Origin: Chiloscyllium plagiosum
Taxonomy: Eukaryota
DNA length: 64,000 nucleotides
Reading direction: 5' to 3'
Assembly (NCBI RefSeq): GCF_004010195.1
Contig: NC_057719.1
Location: forward strand, 62,954,726 to 63,018,725
Each line of letters starts with the position of its first letter. Position 1 is the stretch's first letter. The position numbers and the translations under genes were made by a program. The notes below the pieces were generated by a model. That model worked only from the letters and a program-made list of their open reading frames with translations, was not told the origin of the DNA and did no database searches. Below are positions 62,621-64,000 of this stretch, piece after piece.

Positions 62621-63157
62621 GCTAAGCAGAGCTGCACAAGTTCTTCATGCATTCGTTAATGTCCTAACTAGTATTTCAGTTATTAACTTAAGATGAAAAG
62701 CAAAGAGAAGATTTTAAAATGCTATATCAAACAAAGGAGAATTTTAATAACTGTTCATGATGCTTGGAAAAGTGCAGAAATCTCTTTACTATTTAAATAA
62801 ATTTGAAAATAACACAATGAACTAATGAGTACGGTAAAATAAAATTTAAAAGTTAATTAAAATATGCACTTCTGAAAAATAATTTTTTATTGTTTAACTG
62901 AAATTAGCATTTTAAGACAGCAGAACAACACTTTTTTTTTCAATGTAAAACATTGCAACCAAACTTGAAGATGCAGAAAGAACCCAGTTTTTCCACTGTG
63001 CTAAAAAGTGTGAAAATTACAGACGTTTGTAAGAGACACCAAAACTCAGGACCATAAATAATAACTTGTTATCTTTACCGAAATAGTAGTAAAAATGTGC
63101 AACTCTGTGAACCACAAGAGGTGGTCAAGGTTAAAAGTGTAGATACATAAAGTGTTA

Positions 63158-63512
63158 GCCCTAGGGAACAGAGGAAGTGCTTTAGTGATCCCCTTCAGAC
63201 CTCACTGGTGAAGTGCGATATTCCCACAGATACCTGAGGAATCACTGGCCCAAGACTGTCCAAAGTGGAGGAAGAATATCCGGGAAGGCATTGAGCACCT
63301 CAAGACTTGCCATCAGGAAAAAGTGAAAGCTAGGCAAAAACAGTGAAAGGAATGCACTGTGGCATCAACACCTTACCCACTCCTTCCCACAACCACCTTG
63401 TGCCCCAAGTGTAACAGAGCCCTCGGAAGGTGCATCGATCTGTACAGCCACCTACAGACTCCCTGAGAGTAGACGAGAGTCATCCTCTTTTGCGAACACT
63501 GCCAATGATGAC
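63158..63512 (+). mobile_element. RTE LINE 3' end
   Basis: QRKCFSDPLQTSLVKCDIPTDT, ESLAQDCPKWRKNIREG, CPKCNR...LYSHLQT. Confidence 0.85.
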
Positions 63513-64000
63513 GCAAGGTAGATCCACGAGGATGAAAATAACAGGATAGGTTAATAAAGTTTGAGGAAGAAGGGTTAGTCGTAGCTCATGGAATAGTATT
63601 GCCACTGTTAACCAGTTGGGCACAATGACTTGTTTCTGCGCTGTGCATTCCACGTGAATAGAATTTGCAAATTCCTGCTTGGATTCCAAGCACGGCAGCA
63701 GTTCAGTACATGTTGAAATTTGTCTTTGTTCCATGAGAACGTTGGTAGCCCCTCAGAGCTATCCTCTGAAATCACTCCGACAGCTGTTAGACTGAGAAAA
63801 AAGATAATGAATACCAATCTTTATTGCCTCCAGATTTGTTTTGCTCTCCGAATAAAAGACCTTAGGTATTTCCCCAAGGCTTCTTATGCAGTTCAGAAAA
63901 CAACTGCTCAATTAAATATAATCTTAACTTTAAAGTACTACTTCAATGTTATTAGGTTCCAGTTAGCAAATGACATGAACAAACCATATTCAAACACCCT

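Noticed and set aside
1..64000. CRISPR array, operon or prokaryotic/viral insert
   Set aside because: No regularly spaced repeats or gene-dense segment; the content is consistent throughout with shark repeats and non-coding DNA.

Overview
This is vertebrate nuclear DNA, almost certainly from a cartilaginous fish (shark), judged from its HE1-type tRNA-derived SINEs with (AATCT)n tails and HER1/CR1-type LINEs. No host protein-coding gene is recognisable: the window looks intergenic or deep intronic, and every long ORF belongs to a retroelement. The repeats are many CR1 fragments, RTE LINEs (one nearly full-length but decayed), a near-full-length L1 with a YY1-type 5' end, a nested Tx1-clade cluster, several Penelope-like elements (PLEs), Gypsy remnants, SINEs and a hAT-type MITE. 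The most interesting signals are three. (1) Short (about 120-220 bp), sometimes perfectly palindromic, mostly TSD-flanked PLE-derived insertions carry a minimal type I hammerhead ribozyme with covarying stems, and their 5' breakpoints cluster at the ribozyme. (2) A Tx1 insertion has a twin-priming 5' inversion. (3) That same insertion was later hit twice at one site by a younger Tx1. Repeat boundaries were read by eye and are approximate, and family names come from motif recognition, not database searches.
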